From positions 14,508,001 through 14,572,000 of the forward strand of contig CM022666.1 of NCBI GenBank assembly GCA_012295275.1: DNA of 64,000 nt, given 5' to 3'. Shown in pieces: positions 62,678 to 64,000 of this stretch. A program made the position numbers and the translations under genes. Under the pieces are notes generated by a model that had not been told where the DNA came from, did not search any database, and saw only the letters and a list, made by a program, of their open reading frames with translations. The DNA comes from Chrysomallon squamiferum. Lineage: Eukaryota > Animalia > Mollusca. Within the stretch, counting starts at the first letter, position 1; each line of letters opens with the position of its first letter.

Positions 62678-63726
62678 TACTTCTAAAAAATAGAGTACAA
62701 AAAATTGTTATATATATATCAGTGGTATTATTTTACGCAAACGGATGACAGAGCATAATGTAAATTGTATGGAGCTGTCAAATATAGTAAACTTTGTCAT
62801 TATCACAAAACGAGGCATTCGGTGTATACCTCAGTTAGTACCGTTCTGTCTTATAACCGTTTTGCTGTTTTATGCAAGGTCAAAGACACTTGTTGAAAAT
62901 TGGTGATTAAGTCACAAAAGTGTGAACTATTTTCGACAAACCACATGAGAACCAGTGAATCGTGGCCTGAACAGCTGATTGTTTCGTTTTAAAGGCTTCT
63001 TTTGCATTTTAATTTTATTGTTCAAATGGTTTATACTCACTACTATTATAACTAATACCCTGCTACTACTACTACTAGTGATACATTACACAACCTGTAT
63101 ACTCTACATTATTCTATAATATGGATTATACTATAAATCCAGACATTAAAGTATGCCAATTTTTCGATATAATGATATAATCAAATTAATAACATTGGAT
63201 AAAAAGATAGGTTACTTCTCTTGTATTCTGTAATCCTTGTTTAGCAGGATAAAGGAAATAAATAAAAAGTTAATAAATAAATAAATAAAATTTAAAGACT
63301 TGAATCAAACGCATAATGAGTAAATAAAAAAAAATGAAAGTAAAGAAAGAGAAATTATTAAAACATTATTGAAATAATAATGACAACTAAATCCTCATCC
63401 AAATTTGAATATTTTATTTCTTGTTTTAAAAGTAGTTTCATAGGCAGAAAAAAAATATATGATTTCTTGTATTTCTGTATGTTTAACATACATATGATTA
63501 TACTTTCATGAAAAATAATCTAGTGTCGAGGAGAAAACGTCACTACGGTTACATCATAAACAAATATTTGCACGAATTGCTAAATCTTTGAATTTCTAAA
63601 TAAACTGTACATGACGTCACACGCGTGTTGAACTAGTGAACTACACAATGAAGACTTCAGGGTCTGTTTAGTACTCAGAAAAGTAGGGGAATGAACATTT
63701 GCTTTTATTTTCATCACTTTTTATAT

Positions 63727-63769
<43 letters not shown>

Positions 63770-64000
63770 TTATTACTATTTCTGCAAGCAGCTGTCTTCT
63801 ACCGTTTTCTGAATGTCGTATAAGGGAAATAACTCCAGTAGTGATCTGCGTGACCACACAATAAATATACTATTTAATTATCTTTTTAAAATCATTTGTT
63901 TTTAATTAATTAATTTATTTAGTTAGTTCACTTCATTTTATGTTTTCTTATTATTTATCCTTATATTTTATTTTAATATGTTTTATTTTATTTTATTTTA

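Overview
AT-rich, microsatellite-rich eukaryotic (animal) genomic DNA, probably a lophotrochozoan or mollusc (inferred from composition and repeat style only). A 200-N scaffold gap lies at 31934-32133. There is one apparently intact protein-coding gene: a + strand TRIM E3 ligase with coding exons 20600-21971, 24973-25050 and 25430-26076 (698 aa). Its architecture is RING, B-box1, B-box2, coiled-coil, filamin/Ig-like, then B30.2/SPRY-like, which is outside the standard vertebrate TRIM classes. The gene sits in a mosaic of nested segmental duplications. These carry five broken copies of the 3' exons of an ANKRD42-like gene, two inverted copies of the TRIM downstream region, a possible FANCE-like exon relic, L1/Tx1-type LINE relics, two co-duplicated hAT (ZMYM1/DUF4371-like) relics, a hAT MITE, a Tigger/pogo relic and several minisatellites. 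The region upstream of the TRIM gene is re-copied at about 52.6-59 kb and 63 kb, which suggests another TRIM copy just beyond the window. No prokaryotic features, CRISPR arrays, rRNA or tRNA were seen. Homology calls come from my recollection of family sequences, not from searches.
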